This document shows, piece by piece, positions 16,781 to 35,274 of a stretch of 64,000 nucleotides of DNA. The stretch lies in the NCBI RefSeq assembly GCF_009914755.1, contig NC_060941.1. One strand, given 5' to 3'. The notes under the pieces were generated by a model, which saw nothing but the letters and a program-made list of their open reading frames with translations, was not told where the DNA came from and did no database searches. The stretch comes from the human T2T-CHM13v2.0 reference genome, Homo sapiens. The translations under genes were made by a program, and so were the position numbers. How positions within the stretch are numbered: the first letter of the stretch is position 1; each line of letters opens with the position of its first letter.

Positions 16781-17297
16781 CAACCTGAACGCGGGGAAGG
16801 CTGTCAGGATAGCCAGTCCTTGAGACCCCTACCGACCCCATTCCACTCTCTATCCTATTCCTTTCCTCCTCCCCGCGTGTTTAACTTCCACCCACCAGAC
16901 AGAATGTGTGTGTTGGGAAAAGGGGCCAAGCACAGCCAATAGATTGTGGGGGTTCTGAGCACCATTGAGTCCTGAATTCCACTTTTGCTGATGACTCCTG
17001 GGCCCACCTGAGTCAGCTGGATGCAGTGCTAACACTGACCACTAGAGAGAACCAACCCCACACATTGCTCTCCCCTTTCCCTGAACCTTGGGGCGGAGGC
17101 GGTGGGGCTCCCCCAGGTCACTGGGGACGAAGAACCCAGACTCAAGGTATTGCCTCAGCTCCTTGGACCTGTAGCAGAGACACAAACCAAGAAACAGAAA
17201 TCCCGGGAACAGACACGGACCACAAGCGCTTCCTCCCACAGCCCTGAAACCATCAGAGAATCTCAAGGTTGGAAGAGCTCTTGAATATTTGAGTCTC

Positions 17298-17510
17298 AGG
17301 GGAACATCATACTCTGGAGACTGTTGTGGGGTGGGGGGAGGGGGAGGGATAGCTTTAGGAGATATACCTAATGCTAAATGACAAGTTAATGGGTGCAGCA
17401 CACCAGCATGGCACAGGTATACACATGTAACTAACCTGCACATTGTGCACATGTACCCTAAAACTTAAAGTAAAAGAATAATAATAATTAAAAAAAAAGA
17501 AAAAAAAAAG
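17298..17510 (+). mobile_element. 5'-truncated young L1PA 3' end with A-tail and target-site duplication (TSD)
   Basis: GGGGAGGGATAGC...GGGTGCAGCACACCAGCATGGCAC...GTACCCTAAAACTTAAAGT followed by an A-rich tail. TSD GAA(T/G)ATTTGAGTCTC at 17283-17297 and 17510-17524. Confidence 0.92.
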
Positions 17511-17694
17511 AAGATTTGAGTCTCTTCCCAGCTTTGGAACTCAGAACACATCATGCCGAAAGAGGCCCTATCCAGCCATGGAAGCCCGTCCTCTTTTGTC
17601 TCTTCCTCCTTTCCAGACCTGTGTAGAGCTTATCCAGTTGTCAAAGGCCTGCCTGTGCATTCTCACGTCTGACCTGCCACTTATCTTGTGTAGG

Positions 17695-17790
17695 AGCTAT
17701 GACTATCATCCCATTTCACAGATCAGGAGACTGAGGCTCAGAGAGACTGATTGCATGAGCTACCTCAGCCAGGGCAGCAGATCTCCACAA
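17695..17790. mobile_element. MIR core fragment, repeated upstream of all five genes
   Basis: ATCCCATTTCACAGAT..GGAGACTGAGGCTCAGAGAG; also near 25690, 40320, 55020 and 62920. Confidence 0.65.
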
Positions 17791-18107
17791 CCTTGCTCTT
17801 CCCACATTGCATCATTTAAAGTCCTTTCTCCAGGCCGGGCACGGTGGCTCATGCCTGTAATCCCAGCACTTTGGAAGACTGAGGTGGGTGGATCACTTGA
17901 GGTCAGTTCAAGGCCAGACTAGCCAACATGGCAAAACTCCATCTCTTAAAAGTACAAAAGTAGCTGTGTGTGGTGGCAGAAGCCTGCAATCCCAGTTACT
18001 CCGGAGGGTGAGGAGGTAGAATCGCTTGAACCCAGGACGCAGAGGTTGCCGTGAGCCAAGATTGGGCCATGGCACTCCAGCCTGGGTGCCAGAGTGAGAC
18101 TCCATTT

Positions 18108-18150
18108 CAACAACCACAACAACGACAACAACAACAACAACAACAACAAA
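18108..18150 (+). repeat. (CAA)n Alu tail, identical copy at 40724-40766
   Basis: Seen directly. Confidence 0.9.
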
Positions 18151-18204
18151 AGTCCTTTCTCCAGAGCAGGTGGTGTGGTGCTACTCAGTTATTTAGTTAT
18201 TTTA

Positions 18205-18445
18205 GTTTCTTTTCTTTCCTTCTTTCTTTTTCTTTCTTTCTTTCTTTTCTTTCTTGCTTTCCTTTTTCTTTCTCTTTCTTTCTTTCTTTTTCTTTCTTTC
18301 TTTCTTTCCTTCCTTCCTTTCTTCCTTCCTTCCTTCTTTCCTTCCTTCCTTCTTTCTTTCTTTTTCTTTCTTTCTTTCTTTCCTTCCTTCCTTTCTTCCT
18401 TCCTTCCTTCCTTCTTTCCTTCCTTCCTTCTTTCTTTCTTTCTTG
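18205..18445. repeat. Complex (TTTC)n/(TTCC)n microsatellite from an Alu tail
   Basis: Pyrimidine tetranucleotide array seen directly. Confidence 0.95.
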
Positions 18446-18452
18446 TTTTTGA

Positions 18453-18748
<296 letters not shown>

Positions 18749-18749
18749 T

Positions 18750-19520
18750 AAATCTCTCTGAGTGCAGGGATCCTGCCCCCAACACAAGGGGCCCTTTGCC
18801 TGATTTTGTCTTTCCATAAGGGGCAGATTGTTCTTTCTCAATTCCCAGGTGAGAATGGCCCAGTGGCATGGGGTGCCTTGTGGAAACCTCGTAGCAGGAC
18901 AAGGTGAAGGCAGAGAAGGCCAGGACTGAGCCTCCTGTCTCCTGGTGCCCAGGGTTGGGGCTATTTCCATACCACCTGGAGGTCACAAGCATCAGATGCC
19001 CCCAGAGATGAGAGCAGGAAAGAACACCCTCTGTAGTGGTGAAATCTTCTCCCACCCTGAGTTTAAGAGCATGTAGCACTTGACGCTGTAGAAACACAAG
19101 CAAGCAAACAGGCAAATGCTTCTAGAAGTGGTTGGCTGTGGTGTTGGCAACCAACATTGAAAACCCACACCCCTGTGGCCTAGGATGTGAATGCTGGGGC
19201 CCTGCCATCTCCCCACTTTCAGAGCGGAAGACAGAGCTCCTTTTTTTGCCATCATTCCTGAAGCATTACCGGACCAGCACCACAGACTCATCACCTGCTG
19301 GGAGGGCACTGTGCTGTGGGCTGTTCTCCAGGGAAGCCTGTGTGAGGATCCAAGAGGGGTGTCATCAATGATACCAGCTCTGAGAAATATGGGGTCAAGG
19401 GAGGGTGGTGTCACCACTTTCCCCTGCTCCTCCCAGCACCAGCAAAGAGGAGGAGCCAGGTGGGAATGGAAGTGGGTCCCTGAGCTCCAAGTAGAAGAGG
19501 GTCCCTGCCTCCCTCACCAT
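18750..19520. promoter_or_regulatory. P element upstream of CSH2
   Basis: Block conserved upstream of the four placental genes only. Contains forkhead-like AAGCAAACA repeats (about 19091-19120), RFX/NF-1-like GTTGGCAAC (19143-19151) and NF-1-like TGCTGGGGCCCTGCCATC (19192-19209). Confidence 0.78.
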
Positions 19521-20154
19521 CCTTCCTCCAATGTCAGCTGGGACAGGGAGCCCCCATGACAGGACCTTTTAGCCAGTTCTGGGGACTTAGATGTGGATTT
19601 TTGGCCATTCGTAAGGGAAGCCTCCCTTAGGAATGAGGGGGGCAGGGGCTCTAGCTGGGGACTACTGCATAACTCCACAGGTGGGCACAGGGGTGCCGAG
19701 GTTACTGCCAGGAACATGTGGGACCAGCCAGGGAAGGGGAGTGTCTCCTCTCACCTCTCCACTTCTGTTGACCCCAGAGTTATAGTGACTCAGAGGACGT
19801 TAGGGACCCCTGGGGAAACACCTTTATAAGGGGTTACCATGGCAACCATGGACCAGAGGGAAGAACTGAGGCCCACAGGTGTGGGTAGAAGTTGGTGATC
19901 CTTTTCTCTAGTCTAGATCTTCCCTTGAGCAATGGAGACCATGTCTATCATTCATTGCTAGTAAAAAATCAACTTTGAATTAGACTTGGGATTCTCCTGA
20001 CAGTACTGGGAAGTTGCCCACTGTTGGGGCATCACTTGAGGCCAGATCCCTCGCTGCTGCAGGCTGAAAGACTACCCAACAAGAGCCTCCACATGGCCAG
20101 TGGGGAGAGGCTGGGCTTTGTACCTCTAGCATCAGCCTCAAAAGGCTCTGGATA

Positions 20155-20481
<327 letters not shown>

Positions 20482-21702
20482 TTAAGGAACCTCCCTTTAT
20501 AATTTAGGATCCATGAATTTATCTGTGTGTTTGGAAGCCCTTCCTATGTCCAACCTCGACTAACTCTAGGGTTCTGTGTGCCTGCTGTGGAAAGTCACAG
20601 ATCTGCTGTTGATCCTAAAGTGGTGTCTTTCAGGCTTCAAGATCTCCTGTTAGGTTCAAGACTGTGGGGTTGAGGACGATCACATTTTTCGAAGCCATTC
20701 TCACCGGTCTCAGGAATCGCCTCCGAGGGACTGGTGGGTGCTCCTTCCACTCTCACTTTGGTGATTTGAGGCGCACACTTCTCACCTGCAGCTCTGTTCT
20801 TTCTTCCTTGAGATCAGAGGCTGGTTATTGTACTGGGACATACTCTACCTCCTTTTGGCTTCTAATGTCCTTTCTATGAGTTTGCTACTGAGTCAATTAC
20901 TCGGCTCATTGGATTGAGGTCTTCAGAGAATATTATGTGGGGATTCCCAAGGGCTCTCCTAGGGGAGGTGAGGAAGATGATCAATACTTCTGTGTGTCCA
21001 CCATGTGCTTGGCACTCTACTGACCATAGGGATGTGAGTGAGGATACTGAGGCCCAAAGAGATAAGATGGTTTGCCTGGAGCTCTCCCAGTTCCTAAGTA
21101 ATGGCTTCCAAGGCCCCTGGGCTTTCCTTCCATGCCAAGCTCTTTAGAAACCTCATCTAGTAAAGATGGTGGCACTAATAGGCATGGACAGAACTTGCCT
21201 CAGTGCAAAGCTAGCAGGACAGGGGTCAAGTCCCTGCACAGAGGATGTTCAATGAAGATGGGGGGAATTGAACACAAGGAACTTCAGCCACAGAATGAGG
21301 TGTCCATAGGCATTAAGAAAAGTGGTAGAAAAGAGGCACCCAACGTAGCTCGGGTTAGTGAACCGAGGCACTTCATGCTGCATATTTGTATTGCACGTTT
21401 CAGTGTACATCGTGTTTCGCTTCCTGTATGTCGTTGGACCCTTCAGTTTGCCACATGATATGTCCAGGGGGTTCAGGCACGGAGGAAGGGCCTCGGAAGG
21501 TCTGGGGAGGCAAGGGGCAGGCACCGCTGTGTATTGATGGGGGGATTGTTTGCACTGGTTGATGATCTCTGAACAACCAAGAAGTACACAAGGATCTACC
21601 TAACCTGACGTGCTAAGTAATTTCACTTTGGGGATTATTCTCCAGGGAGACAATCCATTGATAGAGAAGTGAAAAGCATCGAGATGTGTCTAGTAGTTGT
21701 AG

Positions 21703-22132
<430 letters not shown>

Positions 22133-22159
22133 TGAGGCTGGAATTCTGCCTTTCGTCTA

Positions 22160-22320
22160 TTCATTCATTCACTCATTCTTCTATTCGTGCATTCACCAAT
22201 TCCACAAGTAGTTGTTGCCTATAACATGTGCCAGAGATTGTACCAGGCAGATGGGCATATCTAGATAAACAAAAGACATGATCCTTTCTCTTCTGGAGCT
22301 AACAATCTACTGGGGGCCGA
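22160..22320 (-). mobile_element. L2 3'-end fragment (copy at about 59130-59290)
   Basis: (TTCA)n-like end followed by ...CCTATAACATGTGCCAG...AAACAAAAGACATGATCC...CTGGAGCTAACAATCTA. Confidence 0.55.
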
Positions 22321-22600
22321 GAAAACAGCAAAAAAGTAAATATATAACGGTAAAATAGAAATTTCGAATTGGAAACATTCCCATGAAGTAAAAAGCTAAG
22401 ATACGGAGGGAGAGAATAAGCCAGAAGGTGATGGGACGAGGCAGCTGACACAGCCCCAGGCCCAGGAATTCAACAAGCATCTACTGAGTGGACCCAATGC
22501 ATGAGAGGACAGTGCCAAGCAAACAACTCAAATGTCCAACTGGCTGGGCATGGCCAGGTAGCCCATGCTGTGTCTGGACGTCCTTCTGCTGGTATAATTA

Positions 22601-22997
<397 letters not shown>

Positions 22998-23002
22998 TTA
23001 AT

Positions 23003-23008
23003 TTTATT
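23003..23008 (-). terminator. GH2 polyadenylation signal
   Basis: AATAAA at the paralogous position. Confidence 0.85.
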
Positions 23009-23094
23009 AGGACAAGGCTGGTGGGCACTGGAGTAGCACCTTCCACGACCAGGAGAGGCACTGGGGAGGGGTCACAGGGATGCCACCCGGGCAG

Positions 23095-24576
<1,482 letters not shown>

Positions 24577-24654
24577 TGCCGCTAGGTGAGCTGTCCACAG
24601 GACCCTGAGTGGTTCGGGGAGTTGGGCCTTGGGATCCTTGAGCTGGTCTCTTGT

Positions 24655-24930
24655 GGGCCCTTTTTATACCTGGCCCCTTCTCTCTCGCTGCTTCTCCTCA
24701 CCTGTTTCTCTGCATGTTTAGGCCTGGGGCCACTGACGGGCTTGTGCTAATGGATAATTTAGAAGCTCCTCCCACACATGCTGGGATCATGCCCCCTGAC
24801 TTGTCATCTTTCCCTTCCCACCATCACCAGCGTTGTGAGGGTTGTGCACAGAATGTCAGCAGAGATACCACCCAACTTGTCCTCTCTTTAAGGGTCACGT
24901 GGGTGCCCTCTGGCAGCAGGCCATGGTGGC
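24655..24930 (-). promoter_or_regulatory. GH2 proximal promoter
   Basis: TATAAA 24668-24663; proximal Pit-1 site degenerate (AGGCCTAAACATG); distal site intact; CACGTG E-box 24896-24901. Confidence 0.85.
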
Positions 24931-25246
24931 CAACCTGAACGCGGAGAAGGATGTCAGGATAGCCAGTCCTTGAGACCCCTACCGACCCCATCCCACTCTC
25001 TATCCTATTCCTTTCCTCCTCCCCGCATGTTTCCCCTCCACCCACCAGACAGAATGTGTGTGTTGGGAAAAGGGGCCAAAGCACAGCCAATAGATTGCGG
25101 GGGTTCTGGGCATGATTCAGTGCTGAATTCCACTTTTGCTGACTCCTCCTGGGCTCGTCTGAGACAGGCCCGCCTGGATGCAGTGCTAATACTGACCACT
25201 AGAGGGAACAAACTCCACACTTTGCTCTCCCCTTTACCTGAGCCTT

Positions 25247-25318
25247 GGGGCGGGGGCGGGGGCGGGGCGTGGGGATGGGGGTGGGGGTGGGGGTGGGTGT
25301 GGGTGTGGGGGGGGGGGG
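25247..25318 (+). repeat. G-rich (GGGGC/GGGGGT)n tract upstream of GH2
   Basis: More than 10 G-runs of at least 3 G. Confidence 0.9.
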
Positions 25319-25909
25319 CTCCCCCAGGTCCCTGGGGACGAATAACCCAGACTCAAGGTATTGCCCCAGCTCCTTGGACCTGTAGCAGAGATACAAACCA
25401 AGAAACAGAAATCCCGGGAACAGACACGGACCACAAGCGCTTCCTCCCATAGTCCTGAAACCAACAGAGAATCTCAAAGTTGGAAGAGCTCTTGAAGATT
25501 TGAGTCTCTTCCCCAGCTTTAAAACTCAGAACACATCACGCCAAAAGACGCCCTATCCAGCCATGGAAGCCCCTCCTCTTTTGTCTCCTCCTCCTTTCCA
25601 GACCTGTGTAGAGCTTATCCAGTTGCCAAGGGCCTGCCTGTGCATTCTCACGTCTGACCTGCCACTTGTCTTGTGTAGGAGCTATGACTATCATCCCATT
25701 TCACAGATCAGGAGACTGAGGCTCAGAGAGACTGATTACATGAGCTACCTCAGCCAGGGCAGCAGATCTTCACAACCTTGCTCTTCCCACATTGCGTCAT
25801 TTAAAGTCCTTTCTCCAGGCCGGGCACGGTGGCTCATGCCTATAATCCCAGCACTTTGGGAGGCTGAGGTGGGTGGATCACTTAAGGTCAGGAGTGCAAG
25901 ACCAGGCTA

Positions 25910-26146
<237 letters not shown>

Positions 26147-26365
26147 CTACTCAGTTATTTAGTTATTTTAGCTTCATTTCCTTTTTTTTTTTTTTTTGAG
26201 ATGGAGTCTCATTCTGTCACCCAGGCTGGAGTTCAGTGGCATGATGTTGCTTCACAGCAACCTCCACCTTTGGGTTCCGGTGATTCTCTCGCCTCAGCCT
26301 CCCAAGTAGCTGGGATTACAGGCGTCCACCACTATGCCGGGCTAAGATTTGCACTTTTTTAGTAG

Positions 26366-27262
<897 letters not shown>

Positions 27263-27744
27263 TTCCTCCAATGTCAGCTGGGACAGGGAGCCCCCATGAC
27301 AGGTCCTTTTAGCCAGTTCTGGGGACTTCGATGTGGATTTTCGGCCATGGAAGAAGTCTCCAGCCTCCCTTAGGAATGAGGGTGGCAGGGGCCCTAGTTG
27401 GGGACCACTGCATAACTCCGCAGGTGGGCACAGGGGTGGCAAGGCTCCCCAGGCAGGTTACTGACAGCAACACGTGGGACCAGCCGGGGCAGGGGAGTGT
27501 CTCCTCTCACCTCTCCACTTCTGTTGACCCCAGAATTATGGTGACTCAGAGGACTCTAGGGACCCCTGGGGAAACACCTTTATAAGGGATTACCATGGTA
27601 ACCATGGACCAGAGGGAAGAACTGAGGCCCACAGGTGTGGGTAGAAGTCAATGATCATTTTCTCTAGTCTAGATCTTCCCAGAGCCTTGAGCAATGGAGA
27701 CCACATCCATCATTCATTGCTAGTAAAAAATCATCTTTGAATTA

Positions 27745-28240
<496 letters not shown>

Positions 28241-28581
28241 AGAAAAATCCTCATCTCTGAGTTCACCGTTACCTAGCTCCTTACCCACCGAGAAGCAAAC
28301 ATGGGAAGCAGGGGCCCCAGGGCCACCATGGACAGAGCAGGGTTATCATTTAGTCCAAATCCATAAGAACACCCTAGGTTTCATCTGGGACTCCCTGCCC
28401 ATACGGAAAGTGGGAAAGAAGAGTTGGCTCAAAGCAGGGAGCTGCTAGTGCTCCCTTGGGAAGGAAAGCTGTTGGGTGAAGGGGACAGCATTTGGGTGAG
28501 GGGAGGAGAGGGAGCAGGGGGTGAAGGTAGGGAGGGAGTGTGGTGCACTGAACTCAGCTCCTTGGGATACTGTTTCTGCAG

Positions 28582-29241
28582 ACCAACCACGGTTAGAGGA
28601 ATCCAGTTGCTCTGCCAAACAGACCTGGCTGGAAGGGATGGAACACACGCTCGCCTGCGTCCCAAAGGGAAACCCAGCTCCAGCCTTGGTGTGTACCTGG
28701 AATGGGGTGGTCTTTGACCTTGAAGTGCCACAGAAGGCAACCTAGAACCACACTGGAACCTACCGCTACACAGCCACTAACCAGCTGGGCTCTGTCAGCA
28801 AAGACATTGCTGTCATTGTTCAAGGTAACCTTTGCTGCCCTGCTGCCAGGCCCAGGATGGAAACCCCTCAGGGGTTTGGGATTCTTATCCAAGCATGAAA
28901 ATAAGAAAGATTCTACTAGGTTGGGAAGAATGAGACTCAGAAGTGGGCCTGGTGGGCTGGGGTGGGTGATCCTTGTACTCTCAGACTTTCCTAACTCTAT
29001 CTTCTGTGCTTGGGCAGGACTGGATGAAGGAATCAGCTCTACCCTCTTTGTCATTATTACCGTTGCCCTTGGAGTGGGTGTCATCACCATAGCACTGTAT
29101 TTGAGCTATCGGCCCTGCAAAGTGGACAGGAGGAAATTGCTCTATAGGCAGAAAGAGGAGGACAAAGAGGAGGAAAGCCAGTTTGCTGTTCAGGAAGAGA
29201 AAAGTACAACTCATATAATTGACAGCTATTTGATTGAATGA
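28582..29241 (+). pseudogene. Duplicated TCAM1 3' fragment (last Ig exon plus TM/tail exon), copy 2
   Basis: Exons 28582-28824 and 29018-29241 are near-identical to 5137-5379 and 5573-5796. Same TAG at 28743-28745. Upstream exons are absent. Confidence 0.92.
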
Positions 29242-29345
29242 GACTTCTGCTACTGTGGTTTCCCAGGGAGGGAAGAAGGGATAGAGGAGAAAGGAAGAAA
29301 CACAATGGCAGGCTGCATTCCCCTTTGTGTACGTCTGTCCTGTAA

Positions 29346-29770
<425 letters not shown>

Positions 29771-31986
29771 TGATTTGTAAGAAGGCCTCTTGCTCCTTGC
29801 CAGGTGCATCATCAGTCCACTCTTAGATCCAAAAAAAAAAAAAAAAAAGAAAAGATCTTGCCGTTTCTTCATGGTTCTCACTGCCCTTTTCTCTTAAACA
29901 TCATACTAAAGTCAGGCATATCTTAGAAATACAACTCATATTTCATGGTTTTCTGATTACTAACTGGGAACTAAATCTGTAGTCCAAGGACAGGACTTTG
30001 AAGGGAGTAAGTATCAAATATGGGGCCAGGAATCAGAGCTCTGTTCCCATCTCCACTTTCCCTTGCTCCCCTGACCTGGGCTTCTGGAGGGCCAGCTCCC
30101 AGAGCTGAGCTTGTTGACATCATTAAGGATCAGTGGCAAGCTTCAACTCAGTAACCATCTGTTGCGGGTCTTGGGGGAGTATACAGATGGTAAGAAATTC
30201 CACTTCGGGCCAGACGGGCATCCTATCTAGCTCAGTATTCTGTCTCTGAAGGAGAAGGTAGAGTTCTTCCATGAAATTGGCCTCATAGGTTAAGAGCTCC
30301 AAACATCTCTGAATTCCTTTTCATAGAGTGATCAACTGTGAGTTCGCATTTGCCAGTTTTCTTTTTTTTACCCATATGGGCATCTAGGTTAAAGTTCCAA
30401 TCTTTACTCTCCCTTTTCATCAATAAGTGCATACTTTCTTCTGTCTGTAAACAATTTCCTTGAAGCTTCAAGAGGAATCTTCTTGTGAAAATGTTCATAT
30501 GATTTTATGTTTCAGCTTCTTTCCCTGTCCTTGGGAAAGAGTATATTCACCCTCGGAGAAGGCGTGAGGAATCACAGAACCAGATGTTTTCTCCCAAATC
30601 AGTCAAGAAATGTTCACTGGAATGTTGCTATGGTAAAAATAAAAGTGGTTTTATGATGTCCAAATGCAGTTCCCTTCCCTTCTGTGTCATTGCTAAAAGC
30701 TCTTATGTCAAATGGCTGCATTTTATAACTTTTTTTTTTAGATGGAGTCTCGCTCTTTGCCTAGGCTGGAGTGCAGTGGTGTGATTTCAGTCCACTTCAA
30801 ACTCCACCCCCGGGTTGAAGCAATTCTCTGCCTCAGCCTCTATAGATTAAGAGTAGCTGGGATTACAGGCGCCCACCACCATGACCAGCTAATTTTTTGT
30901 ATTTTTAGTAGAGACAGGGTTTCACCACCTTGGCCAGGCTGATCTTGAAGTCCCGACCTCGTGATCTACCCACCTCGGCCTTCTAAAGTGCTGGGATTAC
31001 AGGCCTGAGCCATCACTCCCGGCTGCATTTTATAACTTTAAGTACAATTTCTAAGGAAAAAATACCGTGTTGATAGCATAAACAACCAGCCCAGGGCCGG
31101 GGGTGCATTAACTGAGGGCAGCAGCCTATTTGACCTGCTTTCAAAACTGAAATTCAGGCTGGTGTGGTGGCTCACGCCTGTAATCCCAGCACTTTGGGAG
31201 GCTGAGGCAGGTGAATCACTTGAGCCCTGGAGTTTGCGAATAGCCTGGGCAACATGGCAAAACCCCATTTCTACAAAAAACACAAAACTTAGCCAGGTAT
31301 AGTGGCACATGCATGTAGTCCCAGCTACTTGAGAGTCTGAGGTGGGAGGATCACTTGAGCACGGGAGGTGGAGGGTTGCAGCGAGTTGAGATCATGCACT
31401 GCACTCCAGCCTGGGCAACGGAGCCAGGCCCTGTCTCAAAAGCAAAATAAAGGAACAAAAATGAAAGCTAAAGGTCAGACTTCCAGATAGAGAGAGGTCC
31501 ATAGCCTTCCAAATTGCAGATACCAGCTAGAAAAAACCATGGCATCAGACAGCAGAGGGAAAACGTTTTCCCATTCTTCCCAGACCTCCCCTGAGTCTGG
31601 TGTTATAGATTAAGTGTAAAAGTAACCCTTTGGTTTCACCACATACAAGGCAGTGGGGATACAGTGGTGAACAAAACATTGTTCCTGGCTTCCAAAAATA
31701 TATTAGGAAAGCTAGACAAACAAGTAGGAGATTACATTTGTGCATGAACTCCTATGACTGGGAAAACAGATTGTTAAGAGAAAGCATAACTCGGATCAAG
31801 GAAGGCTTCCCGGAGGGACACGAAATATCTTGACTTTGTAAAATAGCATCATCCCGGAACATGAACTTTTCAACCTCAATGTTTCCACTAGGTGGAGCTA
31901 CTGCTCCTTCATCATGTGAGTCTAATATAAATCATCCACCTTCCCTGAATTGAGCATTTGGGGAAGTAAGTTAAGAAGCAGGTTTA

Positions 31987-32404
<418 letters not shown>

Positions 32405-32538
32405 TTAGCCGGCTGCTGCCTTTGCTTCTCACTGCCACAGGGTGTCAGTGTTGACAGATGGTCCCACACAGTACCCTCAAACCAAGCGGGTCTGCAGATC
32501 CGGGTTCCCAGCTGCTGTGGATCTCTGAGGGAGGATGA

Positions 32539-32976
<438 letters not shown>

Positions 32977-34441
32977 TAGGCTGGTCTCAAACTCCTGACC
33001 TCAGGTGATCTGCCCAGCTTGGCCTCTCAAAATGCTGGGAGTACAGGCGTGAGCCACCACACCCGGCTTCATTGATTCTTAAAGTAGGAAGGGTCTCATA
33101 TCTCTTTTCCAGTATAATAGAGCTTCTAAGGGTAGCTGCCTCATTGTCTATAAGAGGAGGCCCCACCCTCTAAATGGTTTTGATCATATTCTTTCTGAAC
33201 ATTAAAGCAACCAGCTTATGCTTAAATTGCAGCTACCTTGATTATCTCCAGAGGAAGAGTGGCCTTTAATACTCCAAAAGTTTACCCTCTTTCTTACTAT
33301 TTTTGAGAGAGAATCTTGCTCAGCCATCCAGCTGGAGGGCAGTGGCATGATGGGCTCAGTGCAACTCTGCCTCCTGGGCTCAAGTGATTCTCGCGCCTCA
33401 GTAGCTGGGAATACAGGTGTGCACCATCACACCTGGTAATTTTTGTATTTTTAGTAAGAGACGGGGTGCCACCATGTTGGCCAGGCTTGTCTCGAACTTG
33501 TGACCTCCTCCCGCCTCAGCCCTCCAAAGTGCTGAGATAACTGGCGTGAGCCACCGTGCCTGGCCGTTTATCCTCTCAAGGATGGTCAGGGTGACATTCT
33601 GGTGTCTTTCTCTCTAGACCTGAGAAAGCATAAGTTACATCGTTAGTGGGACTTCTTACCATAGGATTAATAATAGTATTTACCTTAGAGAATTATAATT
33701 AGAAAGAAATGACACAATACATGTAATAAACTAGCATGGTGCTGGAGATATGTGTTCACATTAGTTGTTTTTTATTATTACACTGATAATTCTAGTGGTA
33801 ATTAAGCACATCATTATAATCACAGTAAACTCAAAGCAAGAATCAGAAATCCATGATAACCATGAGGGCCATCAAAGGTCATATACACCGAGCACAGCTT
33901 TCCGGTTTTTCTAGTCTTTTTCTTGCTCCTTCCCCTACTTTCCCCACAGTTTGGTACCCTAAGATTTAGGACTACTAATAGGGTGACCAGTCCTGTTAGC
34001 TGAGTGTTCATTCAGCTGAGGGATCCCTGGAAGGAACGTGGGACTTTCAGTGTTGACATTGAGAAAGTCTCCTGCAAACTAGGACGAGTTGGTAACCCTA
34101 ATCCCAGCGGTGCTCATTGTGTGCCACAGCACTTCAGGGCCTTCTGAATTAAAGAAGCAGCCAGGCAAAATGTCAGCTTGTCTTGGCCTACAAGCCCAGA
34201 CCCTGTAATTCAGAAGAAAAGGGAAGGGGTCAGTTCTGCTCTCAACTGTGTATAAAGGGACAAAACCCACCATGTGTATTTCGACAATGCTCATGGAAGA
34301 AATTCAGAATTGGTCACTTTAGGTTAGGGTAAATTCAAAAAAAATGACAGAGTCAGTAAAACATTATGCCAGGGGTCAAGGATGACTGGAGCTCTGCCTG
34401 CTGAACTCTTCCCTGTGCGAGTCTCACTAATCTTATCTTCA

Positions 34442-34645
<204 letters not shown>

Positions 34646-35274
34646 TCAGGAGGCTGAGGCATGAGAATCACTTGAACCCGGGAGGAGGCGGAGGTTGCAG
34701 TGAGCCAAGATCCCACCACTGCACTCCAGCCTCTGTCTCAAAAACAAAAACAAAAACAAAACAAAAAGAAACTATTAACAATTTTTAGTTGTGAGAAGAT
34801 ATAAACGTTTCCATCTTAACCATTTTGCCTGTGCAGTTCAGTCATGTCAAGTACATTGACATCGTCATGCAACCCTCACCACCAACCATCTCCAGAACCC
34901 TTTTCATCTTGCACAGCTGAAACCCTGTGCTCATTAAATAGCTCCCTATTCCATCCCTCCCCACAGCCACTGGCAGCCACCATCCTACTTTTTGTCTCTA
35001 TGAATTTGACTGCTCTGAGTACCTCATCTGACTGGAATCGGAGAGTATTTGTCTTTTTGTGACTGGCTCACGATAAACACTTTTAGATGACTGGTTGGAA
35101 TTAGGAGCAGGTGGCACCACAACTGCCATCTCCTTTTTCTCCTTTTTCTCATCTCCTTTTTCTCTGTTTTCCCTGTTCCACCAGTACAACAGCTGTGAAC
35201 ACATGGGTCTCATCTTTGCGGTCCCTAACACGGTGGTTCTCAACCTTGTTTACATGTTAGAATCACCTGGGAAA

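Noticed and set aside
18992-19717. Recurrent ORFs within the P elements
   Set aside because: Lengths and frames vary between paralogs, and there is no recognisable domain or splice structure.
20560-20960. Unique-looking segment shared by the GH2 and GH1 3' flanks, a possible decayed exon
   Set aside because: No sustained frame or recognisable homology by eye; would need BLASTX or Dfam.
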